From a virus: a stretch of 64,000 bases of DNA. The first letter of the stretch is position 1, and every line of letters begins with the position of its first letter. The position numbers were made by a program, and so were the translations under genes. Of the stretch, positions 9,558 to 19,362 are shown in pieces. The stretch is from IMG/VR virus record IMGVR_UViG_3300045016_000140, positions 1 to 64,000 of that record, one strand, 5' to 3'. The notes beneath the pieces are model-generated. The model did not search any database, was not told where the DNA came from, and worked only from the letters and a program-made list of their open reading frames with translations.

Positions 9558-11328
9558 TTTGAAGTCAGTTAAGTTTAGAAATTTTCTATCGTATGGTGAT
9601 TATGATACTGAACTCGCTCTCGATAACGCTGGGCAATGCCTTATCATAGGGGAGGTGATTGATGGCCCAGGGGATGCCGCCGAGACGAGCAATGGGTCTG
9701 GGAAGTCGTCTATGTTTCAAGCCATATTATGGTGCTTGTTTGGCCGCACAATGCATGCTGATAGGCAGGCTGGCGATGATGTGGTTAACTGGTTCACCAA
9801 GAAAGATTGTATAGTTGAATTGGAATTTAAGAATGGCGACAAGCTTACGAGGACTAGGAAAGTTGATGGGCATAGCGATCTTCTGTTAATTAAAGATGGT
9901 CATGACGTGTCGCTCGGTACGAATACGATGCAGCAGAAAGTTCTGAATAAGGAGCTTGGTCTAGATTGGGACATATTCTGTGGTTCAGTATTCTTTTCCC
10001 AATTTGGTAAGCCATGGATGGAGATGTCTGATCAGAAGCGCAAGGAGGCGATGGAACGTGAATTTCATCTGGATAGGATTATGTTGTATGCTGACGTGGC
10101 TAAGGCTAAAAAGCAGAAAATAGAAAATGAGCATGTTTTGGCTAGGGGTCAAATTAATGCCAGCCAGATATCCATCGATGATTTGCAAAAGCAGATCGAT
10201 AAGCTACAAGTTCTATTTAATGGTTTCGAAAACAATAAGATTGAAAAGATAAATGCCGCCGTTGAGATATTAAATGGATTGAAATCCACGGGCATTAAGA
10301 TATACGACATTGATGCCTTGAAAACCAAATGGGATGTGGTTAAAAAGATAATGTCAATGGTGGAGTCTAAGCGCTCTGAATTGTATGCCATGAAGTTGAA
10401 AGTTGGCGAAGTTAATGGTAAAATTAATCATTTTACAGCGCTGATAAATGATTGGGTCAAGAAGGATGGCAAAATATGCCTGTCGTGTGGCCAGCAGATT
10501 AATAAACAATATGTTGAATCGAAAATCCAGAATCCGAAGGCCATGATTGATGCTTTAAACATTGAGCTTGCTAAGTATGAGAGTGACATGTCGGCCATTG
10601 AAAATTCAATAAGTGAGGTTGATAGGGCTCTCGATGGTAAAATTCCGTCGGTGACGTCAGAACAGGCGGAAAAGCATAACAAGGAATGCAATGCGAGACT
10701 CGAGCAGATTAAGAATCAGGAATCTGTTATCGCTAAGATTAAGGCCGAGGTGAATGAGTATGGGAAGCTAATAGATGAGTTAAACGTCAAATTATCTAGC
10801 AATCAGCAGAAGCATGCCCAGTTGCTTGATAGAATTCGTAAGTTGGACACCATATTAGAACACATTAATTACATTTATAGTGCATATAGCGATAGGCGTA
10901 AAATTAAGAGTTATATGCTCCAGGAGTATATTCCATATTTTAACGATAGGTTATCATATTATATGGATAGATTCGAGCTTGATTTGAGGATTGAGTTTAC
11001 GAATGCTTTGACTGCACAGTCTAATTTGTGGGGGTATAATTGGTTTAGTGGTGGTGAGCGCAAAAGGTTTGACGTCGCAATGATGTTTGCCATGTTTGAC
11101 GTTCATTCGGTTATGTATGGGCGGCAATGCAACATAATTGTTCTGGACGAGGTTGACGGGCACATAGACCCGCGCGCTTCTAAGCTATTTGCCAACATCA
11201 TAAGAGATGATTTTTCGGGTAAGGTTGATTCTGTGTTCGTGATTAGTCAGAGGCGTGACATGCGTGGAGCGTTTCCAGCCGAACTTAAGGTGCGTAGAGA
11301 TGGTCGACAGTCGCACATTGTTTACTGA
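9550..11328 (+). CDS. Rad50/SbcC-like ATPase (T4 gp46-like)
   Basis: FRNFLSYG, Walker A NGSGKS, zinc hook CLSC, signature FSGGE, Walker B IVLDE. Confidence 0.93.
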   Translation: MFDLKSVKFRNFLSYGDYDTELALDNAGQCLIIGEVIDGPGDAAETSNGSGKSSMFQAILWCLFGRTMHADRQAGDDVVNWFTKKDCIVELEFKNGDKLTRTRKVDGHSDLLLIKDGHDVSLGTNTMQQKVLNKELGLDWDIFCGSVFFSQFGKPWMEMSDQKRKEAMEREFHLDRIMLYADVAKAKKQKIENEHVLARGQINASQISIDDLQKQIDKLQVLFNGFENNKIEKINAAVEILNGLKSTGIKIYDIDALKTKWDVVKKIMSMVESKRSELYAMKLKVGEVNGKINHFTALINDWVKKDGKICLSCGQQINKQYVESKIQNPKAMIDALNIELAKYESDMSAIENSISEVDRALDGKIPSVTSEQAEKHNKECNARLEQIKNQESVIAKIKAEVNEYGKLIDELNVKLSSNQQKHAQLLDRIRKLDTILEHINYIYSAYSDRRKIKSYMLQEYIPYFNDRLSYYMDRFELDLRIEFTNALTAQSNLWGYNWFSGGERKRFDVAMMFAMFDVHSVMYGRQCNIIVLDEVDGHIDPRASKLFANIIRDDFSGKVDSVFVISQRRDMRGAFPAELKVRRDGRQSHIVY

Positions 11329-12952
11329 TAAAATATCGCATGACGAAATCATGAAGTATTTTCCGATGCCCAAGCCGCGTCGAGGGCAGCTTGAATCCAT
11401 AAAATTTGCCATAGATGCGTTTAACGGCGGTAAGAAGTATGTGGTTCTGGAGATGCCGACGGGTAGCGGCAAGAGTGTAATTGGCATAACCATAGCTAAA
11501 TATTATCAGTCCGCGTATTATCTCACGGTTAATAAATATTTGCAGGATCAATTATCGGTTGAATTCGGCCATGGTGGGAAATATGGGCAGCATTTGGTTG
11601 ATCTGAAAGGCAGAAATGCTTATGAATGCACATATTATAGGTTGAATGCCAATCAGCAGAAAGATAAGGACAAGGCAGAGATCTGGCGTACGCAATATTA
11701 TAATTGTGCGGAAGGACTCTGCCGTAAACATGGTAAGTCAAAATATGAGTCGTGCATTAGCGAGTCATTATGCCCATATTTTGTGAAGGTTGATCAGGCT
11801 ATGCTTTCGCCCATTTGCTCCATGAATTTTGCCGCATTTCTGCATCAGATACATTTTACTGATAGGTTTGGCCAGCGGGAGTTGCTGATTATCGATGAAT
11901 GTCATGCAGCCGAGTCTCAGCTTATGAATTTCATTACTTTAACCATAACGGATTTGGAGCTTGGTGATTTGAAAATTCCGGAGTATGATGAGCCGGAAGA
12001 TTATGCTAAGTGGTTATGTGACAATTGTGTGATTGCCATATTGAGCAAGCGTGCGGCTGAAGCGACATCTAACCAAGACATAAAGCGTGTTGATTCATTA
12101 AATGCAACCATTAGCAAAATGAGATGGTTCATTAAAGAGATGAATGACAGCAACCATGATAAATGGGTGTGTGAGTGTGGCAAAATCACCGGGACTCAGT
12201 ATAATAAAGTGGTGTTTAAACCGGTGTATGTTAAACGCCAGGCTTTCGATTATTTATTGTCAATGGGTGCTAGGGTATTGATGATGTCGGCCACCGTGCT
12301 CAATGCTAAAGTATTGACTTCATCGCTTGGCATTGGACGCGAAGAGTATGCAGCCAAGAGATTGCCCAGTTATTTCCCGATTGATAATCGCCCAATATAT
12401 TATAGACCCGCCGCCAAGATAACTGGCGGGCAAGACAACCAAAATATTTGGGGACCTAAATTGATTTCGGCCGTTGATGACATACTCGAGACGCACAAAG
12501 ATGTGCGTGGCATCATACATACGCATAATTTTGCGATAGCTAGGCTAATATTAGCCAGTTCAAACTATAAGAATAGGCTATTATTCCAAGAGGATTTCAT
12601 CAATAAGTCCGCGATGGTTGATGAGCATAGACGCAGGACTAACTCGGTAATAATTGCTCCCGCGATGCATGAGGGTATATCTTTAGATGATGATCTGAGT
12701 AGATTTCAGATAGTGTGTAAGGTACCTTTCCCGAATTTCTATGAAGATAAACAATTGGCCGCCAGGAAGGAGCTTGACGGCCCATATTATAATTGGGTAG
12801 TGGCCTTGAAGCTCGTTCAATCTGTTGGGCGGAGCATTAGAAGCGACACTGATTGGGCTAAGACATATATTCTTGATGGATCGTTCATGTGGTGGTATAA
12901 GTACAATTCAGCCATATTGCCAGCTTGGTTCAAAGATGCCATTATATGGTGA
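11300..12952 (+). CDS. DinG/Rad3-family helicase with Fe-S cysteines
   Basis: MPTGSGKS, LKGRNAY-C...C...C...CPY, IIDECH, MSAT, EGIS, KVPFP, QSVGRSIR. Confidence 0.9.
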   Translation: MVDSRTLFTDKISHDEIMKYFPMPKPRRGQLESIKFAIDAFNGGKKYVVLEMPTGSGKSVIGITIAKYYQSAYYLTVNKYLQDQLSVEFGHGGKYGQHLVDLKGRNAYECTYYRLNANQQKDKDKAEIWRTQYYNCAEGLCRKHGKSKYESCISESLCPYFVKVDQAMLSPICSMNFAAFLHQIHFTDRFGQRELLIIDECHAAESQLMNFITLTITDLELGDLKIPEYDEPEDYAKWLCDNCVIAILSKRAAEATSNQDIKRVDSLNATISKMRWFIKEMNDSNHDKWVCECGKITGTQYNKVVFKPVYVKRQAFDYLLSMGARVLMMSATVLNAKVLTSSLGIGREEYAAKRLPSYFPIDNRPIYYRPAAKITGGQDNQNIWGPKLISAVDDILETHKDVRGIIHTHNFAIARLILASSNYKNRLLFQEDFINKSAMVDEHRRRTNSVIIAPAMHEGISLDDDLSRFQIVCKVPFPNFYEDKQLAARKELDGPYYNWVVALKLVQSVGRSIRSDTDWAKTYILDGSFMWWYKYNSAILPAWFKDAIIW

Positions 12953-12976
12953 TCGAGCATAGCTCAAATATACAAT

Positions 12977-14905
12977 ATGGGTAAACAATATATATCAAAT
13001 CTTGGCATTGTATATCATGATGTCATTTTTGAAGATGAGAAGATAGTTAAACCCGGTCGTATACGCACATGGGATTTAAACTATAAGCAAAGAGCGAATA
13101 CGATTGCCAGAAGCATAAAACGTAATTATGAGCAAGCCAAGAGACATGCCATTCCACAAGTATTCTTGAGATTTTTGCAACGCAAGCTTAATAAGCCATA
13201 TATCGATATGAAGAGGCTAGTTGGCTTAGAGCCGCTTAAGACGATAAAGGTTGGCGATAAAGATGTCAGCGTATCACTGATATCATTAAATGATTTATTG
13301 AATATTGAGAATTATGGCGAAGAGTGGGATAAAATATTCTATTATATTAAGAGCATAAAGAGACCTGACAGTGTGCACAATATATATCCTGACATTAAAG
13401 ACCCGAGTCTTGATGCGACAACACATGGGTATGCGCTCACTAGACCGGTGTACATCTATCATGTCCGCAGCATGCTGGAGGACATTAAAAAATATGCACT
13501 AGCGGCCGGACACGCAGAAAATGTACATTTGAAAGATGATGAAAAGCTTAAAGCGCGACAAATTAGTGATTTTATGAAGAGCGCCGCTAAATATATGGTT
13601 GGCGAGGTAAGGTATAATATCTGTAATAAATTAGAGTCTGGGCTTAGGGCGATCATTATCGATTATTTATTCAATGGCAATACAGAAATTGATGAACAGA
13701 TAGTGAAAGAATTTCTCATGTCAATGGAGATAAAATATCAAGATGGTGATTTAGCAAAATATGCATACTCTATTAATCATAGGAGGCAGGAAGCTGCCGA
13801 TAGGTCAGTCGCTGCAGCTCGCGCTAAAGTAGCGAATGCCATAGATAATAAATTCGGTTTAAATGAATTACACGACGCCTTGCTTGATATTGAGCAGGAG
13901 CATGGTATCAATGCGGCCATCAGCACAATGTCGAGAAAATTAAGTATGTCGCGTGCCAAGCTAATTGACATGCTACATGATGTCTTTGTGAACGTTAAGG
14001 GTGGGAAAATCCATTTAATTAGCAATGATCCAGACGAATTGACGATCGCTAAGTTAGCGACTGCCCGGAAAGCCATGATCAAATCATACTCTACTGGTAA
14101 ATTGCGTACTGATAAGAAAACTACGCTGCACGTTGGACTTGAGATTGTTCCCGGCAATAAACCGCTAGAATCGAAGAAAGAGGCATTCCTGAAGTGTGTT
14201 GAGATTTCAGGTAAACCCAAATTAATGGATCCGAAAATTCGTCCAATTGTTGATAAGGCCTTTGATGGGACCATTGATGCGAATCATCCTAGGCAGCAGA
14301 ACATTAACAAATGCAAAGAAATGTACACTAAAGGCTCATTTAATGCAGAAGTAGAAACATATATTGAGACAATTAAGAATAAGAAATTCCAAGATAACCG
14401 AATATATGGAGATCCGACGCTAAATAAATACACACAATATGTGCGACAAGAAAAAGGAGAAGAGGAAGTTAGCGGCATAATGGTGGTTGATAGAACGGTT
14501 GCAGTTATCGGCATATTTGAGAAAGATCAATATGTGTGTATTGATACGCATGACGGGAAGTTCATACTGGCAACGGCTGAATATTGGCGCAATAATGGCA
14601 TCAATATTGTCTCGGGTGATTTAGTGGACATTATGGAGGCGGTGGAAGTACAGCCATCCGAACAAATCGCATGTAAATTTAGGAAGTCAAATTATTTAAT
14701 GAGCGATGATGAAATGAAGTTTTCTCTATCGTATGTTGTGCTGCATGAGTGGGTGGATACATGGAATGCGGTTGTTAAAAAGACCGTTGAAGAGATAAAT
14801 AATGTGGCGAATGCTTCCATACATATTCCTTTGATCGCTGCCCAGGGTGCGCCTAGCACATCTACCACGCCTATGCCCGGAGAATTTACGGGCGAGTCTG
14901 AATGA
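12977..14905 (+). CDS. Large hypothetical protein
   Basis: 642-aa ORF; CAAATATA 12 nt upstream of ATG. Confidence 0.75.
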   Translation: MGKQYISNLGIVYHDVIFEDEKIVKPGRIRTWDLNYKQRANTIARSIKRNYEQAKRHAIPQVFLRFLQRKLNKPYIDMKRLVGLEPLKTIKVGDKDVSVSLISLNDLLNIENYGEEWDKIFYYIKSIKRPDSVHNIYPDIKDPSLDATTHGYALTRPVYIYHVRSMLEDIKKYALAAGHAENVHLKDDEKLKARQISDFMKSAAKYMVGEVRYNICNKLESGLRAIIIDYLFNGNTEIDEQIVKEFLMSMEIKYQDGDLAKYAYSINHRRQEAADRSVAAARAKVANAIDNKFGLNELHDALLDIEQEHGINAAISTMSRKLSMSRAKLIDMLHDVFVNVKGGKIHLISNDPDELTIAKLATARKAMIKSYSTGKLRTDKKTTLHVGLEIVPGNKPLESKKEAFLKCVEISGKPKLMDPKIRPIVDKAFDGTIDANHPRQQNINKCKEMYTKGSFNAEVETYIETIKNKKFQDNRIYGDPTLNKYTQYVRQEKGEEEVSGIMVVDRTVAVIGIFEKDQYVCIDTHDGKFILATAEYWRNNGINIVSGDLVDIMEAVEVQPSEQIACKFRKSNYLMSDDEMKFSLSYVVLHEWVDTWNAVVKKTVEEINNVANASIHIPLIAAQGAPSTSTTPMPGEFTGESE

Positions 14906-14930
14906 ACGTATTTTAAAGTTAGAGGTACAA

Positions 14931-15371
14931 ATGTTAAACGAGCAAGGCATGACTCCGGTCAATGAGTGGCTCTCATTAGTTGATAGCACACAACATCAAA
15001 CCATTAAAGATCAAGTATTACAATTAGACACTACTGGCAATGGCATTGGTTTTATCATATATATAGCAATGTGTGATGATTATAATGCCGACGACGGGGC
15101 AGTGTGCGGATCGTCGGCCGAGCTTGTTTCTAAGCCGATTGTTAAGCTCAAAGGGTTGTGGCACGTTATAATTGACGAAACGTTTTCGGACATATCTGCG
15201 GCCATGTTTAGGGCGTTTAGTACACTGCTTAACGAGCACGCAAAGCACGCAAATGACGCAAATGACGCAAATGACGCAAATGACGCAAATGACGCAAATG
15301 CAAATGCAAACACAAATCACGGACCAGGTTATGGACCAGGCTATCCAGACGACCCCGAACAAGGAGATTAA
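14931..15371 (+). CDS. Hypothetical protein with (DAN)n tail
   Basis: In-frame ATG 14931 (ORF track start 14847). Confidence 0.55.
   Translation: MLNEQGMTPVNEWLSLVDSTQHQTIKDQVLQLDTTGNGIGFIIYIAMCDDYNADDGAVCGSSAELVSKPIVKLKGLWHVIIDETFSDISAAMFRAFSTLLNEHAKHANDANDANDANDANDANANANTNHGPGYGPGYPDDPEQGD
15249..15310 (+). repeat. 9-bp tandem repeat (gcaaatgac, ~5.5 copies) in a gene overlap
   Basis: Directly visible. Confidence 0.9.
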
Positions 15372-15840
15372 GATAGTAGGCCACGATGGCGCGATAATTA
15401 GCAATTATACCATATTAAACGATCTAGGAAATTTTGTAAAAGTTAAAAACCTCACAACCGGTAAAATTTTAGTGATTCACCGCAAAAGAATCATTAAAGA
15501 TGCATCTCAAGTGTGCATTAAAGCTCAAAAACATAAGAAGCCAAAAGCCCAACAAAATACGATAGACGTCAGAACGCTTGCCTCGCATGGCGAATTATGG
15601 GTAAAGAAGAAGCTTGAATTTGATTATGACGTTGAAGTAAATGGATATTGCCTAATATTTGAGCAACAAAATACATATATATTTTTTAACACATATAATG
15701 GCACATTTGGACGCAAAAATAATGCCCCACCATTTGACGACATCAAACACGGAATAAAAAAGGGATATAGCTTAAATAATGATGTTGCTGGGTTGCGATC
15801 TAAACTTACGTTAAAAGGATATAAATTATTCACGCTCTAA
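15253..15840 (+). CDS. Hypothetical protein, start uncertain (several ATGs within the MTQ repeat)
   Basis: Open frame 15172..15840; protein-like sequence after the repeat. Confidence 0.6.
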   Translation: MTQMTQMTQMTQMTQMQMQTQITDQVMDQAIQTTPNKEIKIVGHDGAIISNYTILNDLGNFVKVKNLTTGKILVIHRKRIIKDASQVCIKAQKHKKPKAQQNTIDVRTLASHGELWVKKKLEFDYDVEVNGYCLIFEQQNTYIFFNTYNGTFGRKNNAPPFDDIKHGIKKGYSLNNDVAGLRSKLTLKGYKLFTL

Positions 15841-15864
15841 TAACAGCCTTTGTAAGTTAACATT

Positions 15865-16248
15865 GTGCAAAATGGATACTATATAGGGTGGAAAGTAAAA
15901 GATAAAGAGTACAATATTTGGTATTATCGCGTCGGCATCGCATATCATATAGGGCCAGTAGAAGACAAATTAATTGCTCAGTATGGTTTAAATCCTAGAT
16001 ACGACCTGATCAAACACGGATTACATAGCAAGGAAACGTTCGAATGGGGTGAAGGATGCAATAGGAATTCCGCTATGCAATTAGCTATAGCTATATGTGC
16101 GTCAATCTTTAAAGATGACGCTAGAGCTCTAAAAATATATAAGCATGTCTATGAAGATATTATCATACGCATGCCAGGAGAATGGACATATAAACATAAA
16201 GAATTATATGATAAGATTATAGACGTTGAAAACAAATATAGGGTGTGA
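15865..16248 (+). CDS. DUF6166-like protein
   Basis: HS..TFEWG....AMQLAIAI...DDARALKIY...IIRMP.EW resembles the DUF6166 pattern. Confidence 0.55.
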   Translation: MQNGYYIGWKVKDKEYNIWYYRVGIAYHIGPVEDKLIAQYGLNPRYDLIKHGLHSKETFEWGEGCNRNSAMQLAIAICASIFKDDARALKIYKHVYEDIIIRMPGEWTYKHKELYDKIIDVENKYRV

Positions 16249-16445
16249 GACTTGCCAAATTATATCGTAAACAGCCAATGGCTTTATCTACAAGAGTGTG
16301 GCAGCCGGAAGGACACTCTTTAGGTAAGCCAAAGAAACGATGGTATAATAAGGCTGCTCGTGATTCTAAACCATATAGATGGCCAGCCGTTTCATTCCAC
16401 GGGCAGTCTGAAGGTTGGAAAGAGCATCAATTAGTTAGACAATAA
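16245..16445 (+). CDS. Small basic hypothetical protein
   Basis: 66 aa; GTGA overlap with the upstream stop. Confidence 0.45.
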   Translation: MRLAKLYRKQPMALSTRVWQPEGHSLGKPKKRWYNKAARDSKPYRWPAVSFHGQSEGWKEHQLVRQ

Positions 16446-16534
16446 ATCACTTCTAGCTTACTATGGCTATACCATATATATTGTGCATTATTTTAAGTCA
16501 AATTTATTATTAGAATTCACAACAGGAGCCAGCA

Positions 16535-19345
16535 ATGGCAGTGTATCTAAGCCCAGGCGTTTACACTCGTGAAATTGACCAGAGCGTTCTACCAAGTGCG
16601 CTTGGTGCGCTCAGGCCAGCACTCATCGGCACCGCCAAAAAAGGTCCGATGAATACTCCAACATTAATCACCAATGCCCAGCAATTCATTGATACATTTG
16701 GTGAGCCAATAACCACCAGCTATCTCGGATATGCTGTATTACAATATCTTGAGGAAGGCACATCTTGCTGGGTGATGCGAATCGGTGTGGAGTATAAAGA
16801 TAGCTGGCCAGCCGGACTAATCAGCGACACAATCGACACCAGCGGCGGGAGAAGCCAAGGCTGGGGCCGAATACCAGTATTCCGCGGCATAGATTACGGC
16901 ACAATATACTTTCGACAAGTCACCACAGCTAACCCAGTCGTACTGCACACTTCCACAGTTTCCGACATAACTTATACCGAAGCAACAGCACCATCATCCG
17001 GTCCCTCATGCATTGCGACCTTGATATTTAGTTCAACGGCGTATACCGGATGTGCCGACGCAGTGTATACGCTTACAATCACTGGCTTGCCTACGTATGC
17101 TCCATTGGAAGGATCGACATATACGGTGACGGACCAGGATGGCGATGTCATTAAGACTGGCACGATCCATGTAACGGGCGGCACCGGCACGATCCCAGAT
17201 GACAGTGTGCCAATCGACATTGGTAGCGGACTTGTTTTCCAGATTAGAGTTAGCAATGGCGTGTCACTAGGAATAGGCGACACATTCACCTTTAGCGCTA
17301 GACCAGACAATAGAACCATGTCGGTGCTGGTTGAAGGCGTCGCTGGCAGTTATGTAATTGCGGCAGGAACGTACACCACTGCCGCGTCGCTGGTCTTAGC
17401 GATGATAACCGCCACCGGTTCTGGCGCTGACATTACTCCCGTAGTTCTGACGAACAGCAGCGGCACGAGCGTTCCAGCTATTAGGACCTCGGCCGCCGGA
17501 AGATGGTTGCAGCTCACTGGCACATGTGCCTTCGCTACAGAGATGGGTGTCTCACAATATACATACGATTTCCCACGAAGTTACATGATTGCCACCAATC
17601 CAGCCCCATATTCAATGACCACAAGTAACAATGAAATAGTGATGGACGTCATCAGCAATACTTCAACGCGGACATTTGATTTCTATGTCGCCACTGGCTC
17701 ACATGTAACCGTCGCATCGCTGGTTGCTCAATTCAATGCCAACAACACATACAGCGGTGCAACATACTTTAACGCCGTCGAACTTACCATTCCTGGTGGG
17801 ACTACCAGGATGGTGGTCACAACGGACGTGACCAATTACATGTCGCAACTCAAGATGCAGGCGACGTTCGTTTATGTCAAATGCCTTCGATTTACTGACG
17901 AAGTCGGCATTGATTACCCATTTACAAGTTTCTATCGTGCCTTCACGGATACTCGTCGCGTTTTACCAGAGGCAGGGCACACAACTCCGAGCACGCCGTA
18001 CTCGTGCGAGCTTAACCCATTGAGCGCTCAATGTGCGGTTGACACAGCATACTTTGCGAACATAGTTGGATGGGTTGTTGCCAAGTATGCTGGCACATGG
18101 TCGAGCAATTATTCCATCACCCTTGAGCCATATGTTGAAGGCACTGGCGATGTAGCCGGAAGATATAAGATAACAGTCTACGATAATTATAACCAGCCAG
18201 TTGATGTAGTTAGCGATGTAACATTCATTTCTACCGACACAAGATATATCGGCAACGTTGTGAACGCAGGAAGTACGATTGGCGGTGTAAACGGCAACTC
18301 ATATTACCAATGGGAGATGAGGCCAGCCGCGCTTATCGACACTTCCGACCCACGATATCCAGGCGCACTCTATGACAAAGCGTTCACCGGCGGAGCTAAC
18401 GGCATACCGAGCATCTCGACGTATAGCTCAGAACTTGACAATGCCGTGATTGGTAACCCGGCTACTGGTTCAGGATTATATGCCCTGCAGAATCCTGAAG
18501 CGTATGACTTTAACCTCTTGATAATTCCGGGATTCACGAGCGGTGCAGTCATCGGCCAGGCTCTGCAGTTCTGTGAAAACCGTGGTGACGTGCTCTTCCT
18601 AGTTGACTCACCATATGGCTTGAAGCCACAACAGGTAATTGAATGGCACAATGGCATGCTAGTTAGCGATCTAGCAGCAGCCATCAATAGTTCATATGGC
18701 GCATTATATTGGAGCTGGCTCAAGATATCTGACCAGTTCAACGGTGGAACAATATGGGTCCCGCCATCGGGTGCAGTTGGTGCGGTTTTTGCCCGTACGG
18801 CCAGGGTTGCTGAGCAATGGTTTGCTCCGGCTGGTGTGAATAGAGGTAGATTGCTTACGGCCATCGACATCGAGTACAACCCATCGCTTGGCGAGCGCGA
18901 TAACCTCTATGGGTCAGGAAACGCCGTTAACCCGATCACTAAGTTCACCCGTGATGGCATAATGATCTGGGGTCAGAGGACGCTGCAACGGACATCGTCT
19001 GCTCTTGATCGTGTGAACGTTAGAATGTTGCTGATCTATATTAAGGTTAACTTGCAGCGCGTCTTGCGAGCCTTTGTGTTTGAGCCTAACGACAGCATCA
19101 CGCGAGCACAAATTACGGCAGTGATCAAACCATTCCTGGCGGATATTGCGGCAAGGCGAGGGTTGACATGGTATCAAGTGATTTGCGATGTCACAAATAA
19201 CACGCCCGAACGGATCGATCGAAACGAGTTATGGATTACCGTTCTCCTCCAGCCCACGCGGGCGGCAGAATTCTTGGTCCTCAACCTTGTGGTGCTCAGG
19301 ACTGGCGCAAGCGTGGGTACTTCCGAGACTGTTGCGACTGTGTAA
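16535..19345 (+). CDS. Contractile tail sheath protein (gp18-like)
   Basis: YLSPGVYTREID, GP.NTP, WFAPAG.NRG, WGQRTLQ, LDRVNVRML, FVFEPND; AGGAG SD. Confidence 0.97.
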   Translation: MAVYLSPGVYTREIDQSVLPSALGALRPALIGTAKKGPMNTPTLITNAQQFIDTFGEPITTSYLGYAVLQYLEEGTSCWVMRIGVEYKDSWPAGLISDTIDTSGGRSQGWGRIPVFRGIDYGTIYFRQVTTANPVVLHTSTVSDITYTEATAPSSGPSCIATLIFSSTAYTGCADAVYTLTITGLPTYAPLEGSTYTVTDQDGDVIKTGTIHVTGGTGTIPDDSVPIDIGSGLVFQIRVSNGVSLGIGDTFTFSARPDNRTMSVLVEGVAGSYVIAAGTYTTAASLVLAMITATGSGADITPVVLTNSSGTSVPAIRTSAAGRWLQLTGTCAFATEMGVSQYTYDFPRSYMIATNPAPYSMTTSNNEIVMDVISNTSTRTFDFYVATGSHVTVASLVAQFNANNTYSGATYFNAVELTIPGGTTRMVVTTDVTNYMSQLKMQATFVYVKCLRFTDEVGIDYPFTSFYRAFTDTRRVLPEAGHTTPSTPYSCELNPLSAQCAVDTAYFANIVGWVVAKYAGTWSSNYSITLEPYVEGTGDVAGRYKITVYDNYNQPVDVVSDVTFISTDTRYIGNVVNAGSTIGGVNGNSYYQWEMRPAALIDTSDPRYPGALYDKAFTGGANGIPSISTYSSELDNAVIGNPATGSGLYALQNPEAYDFNLLIIPGFTSGAVIGQALQFCENRGDVLFLVDSPYGLKPQQVIEWHNGMLVSDLAAAINSSYGALYWSWLKISDQFNGGTIWVPPSGAVGAVFARTARVAEQWFAPAGVNRGRLLTAIDIEYNPSLGERDNLYGSGNAVNPITKFTRDGIMIWGQRTLQRTSSALDRVNVRMLLIYIKVNLQRVLRAFVFEPNDSITRAQITAVIKPFLADIAARRGLTWYQVICDVTNNTPERIDRNELWITVLLQPTRAAEFLVLNLVVLRTGASVGTSETVATV

Positions 19346-19362
19346 AGACGTATTTAAATGAT

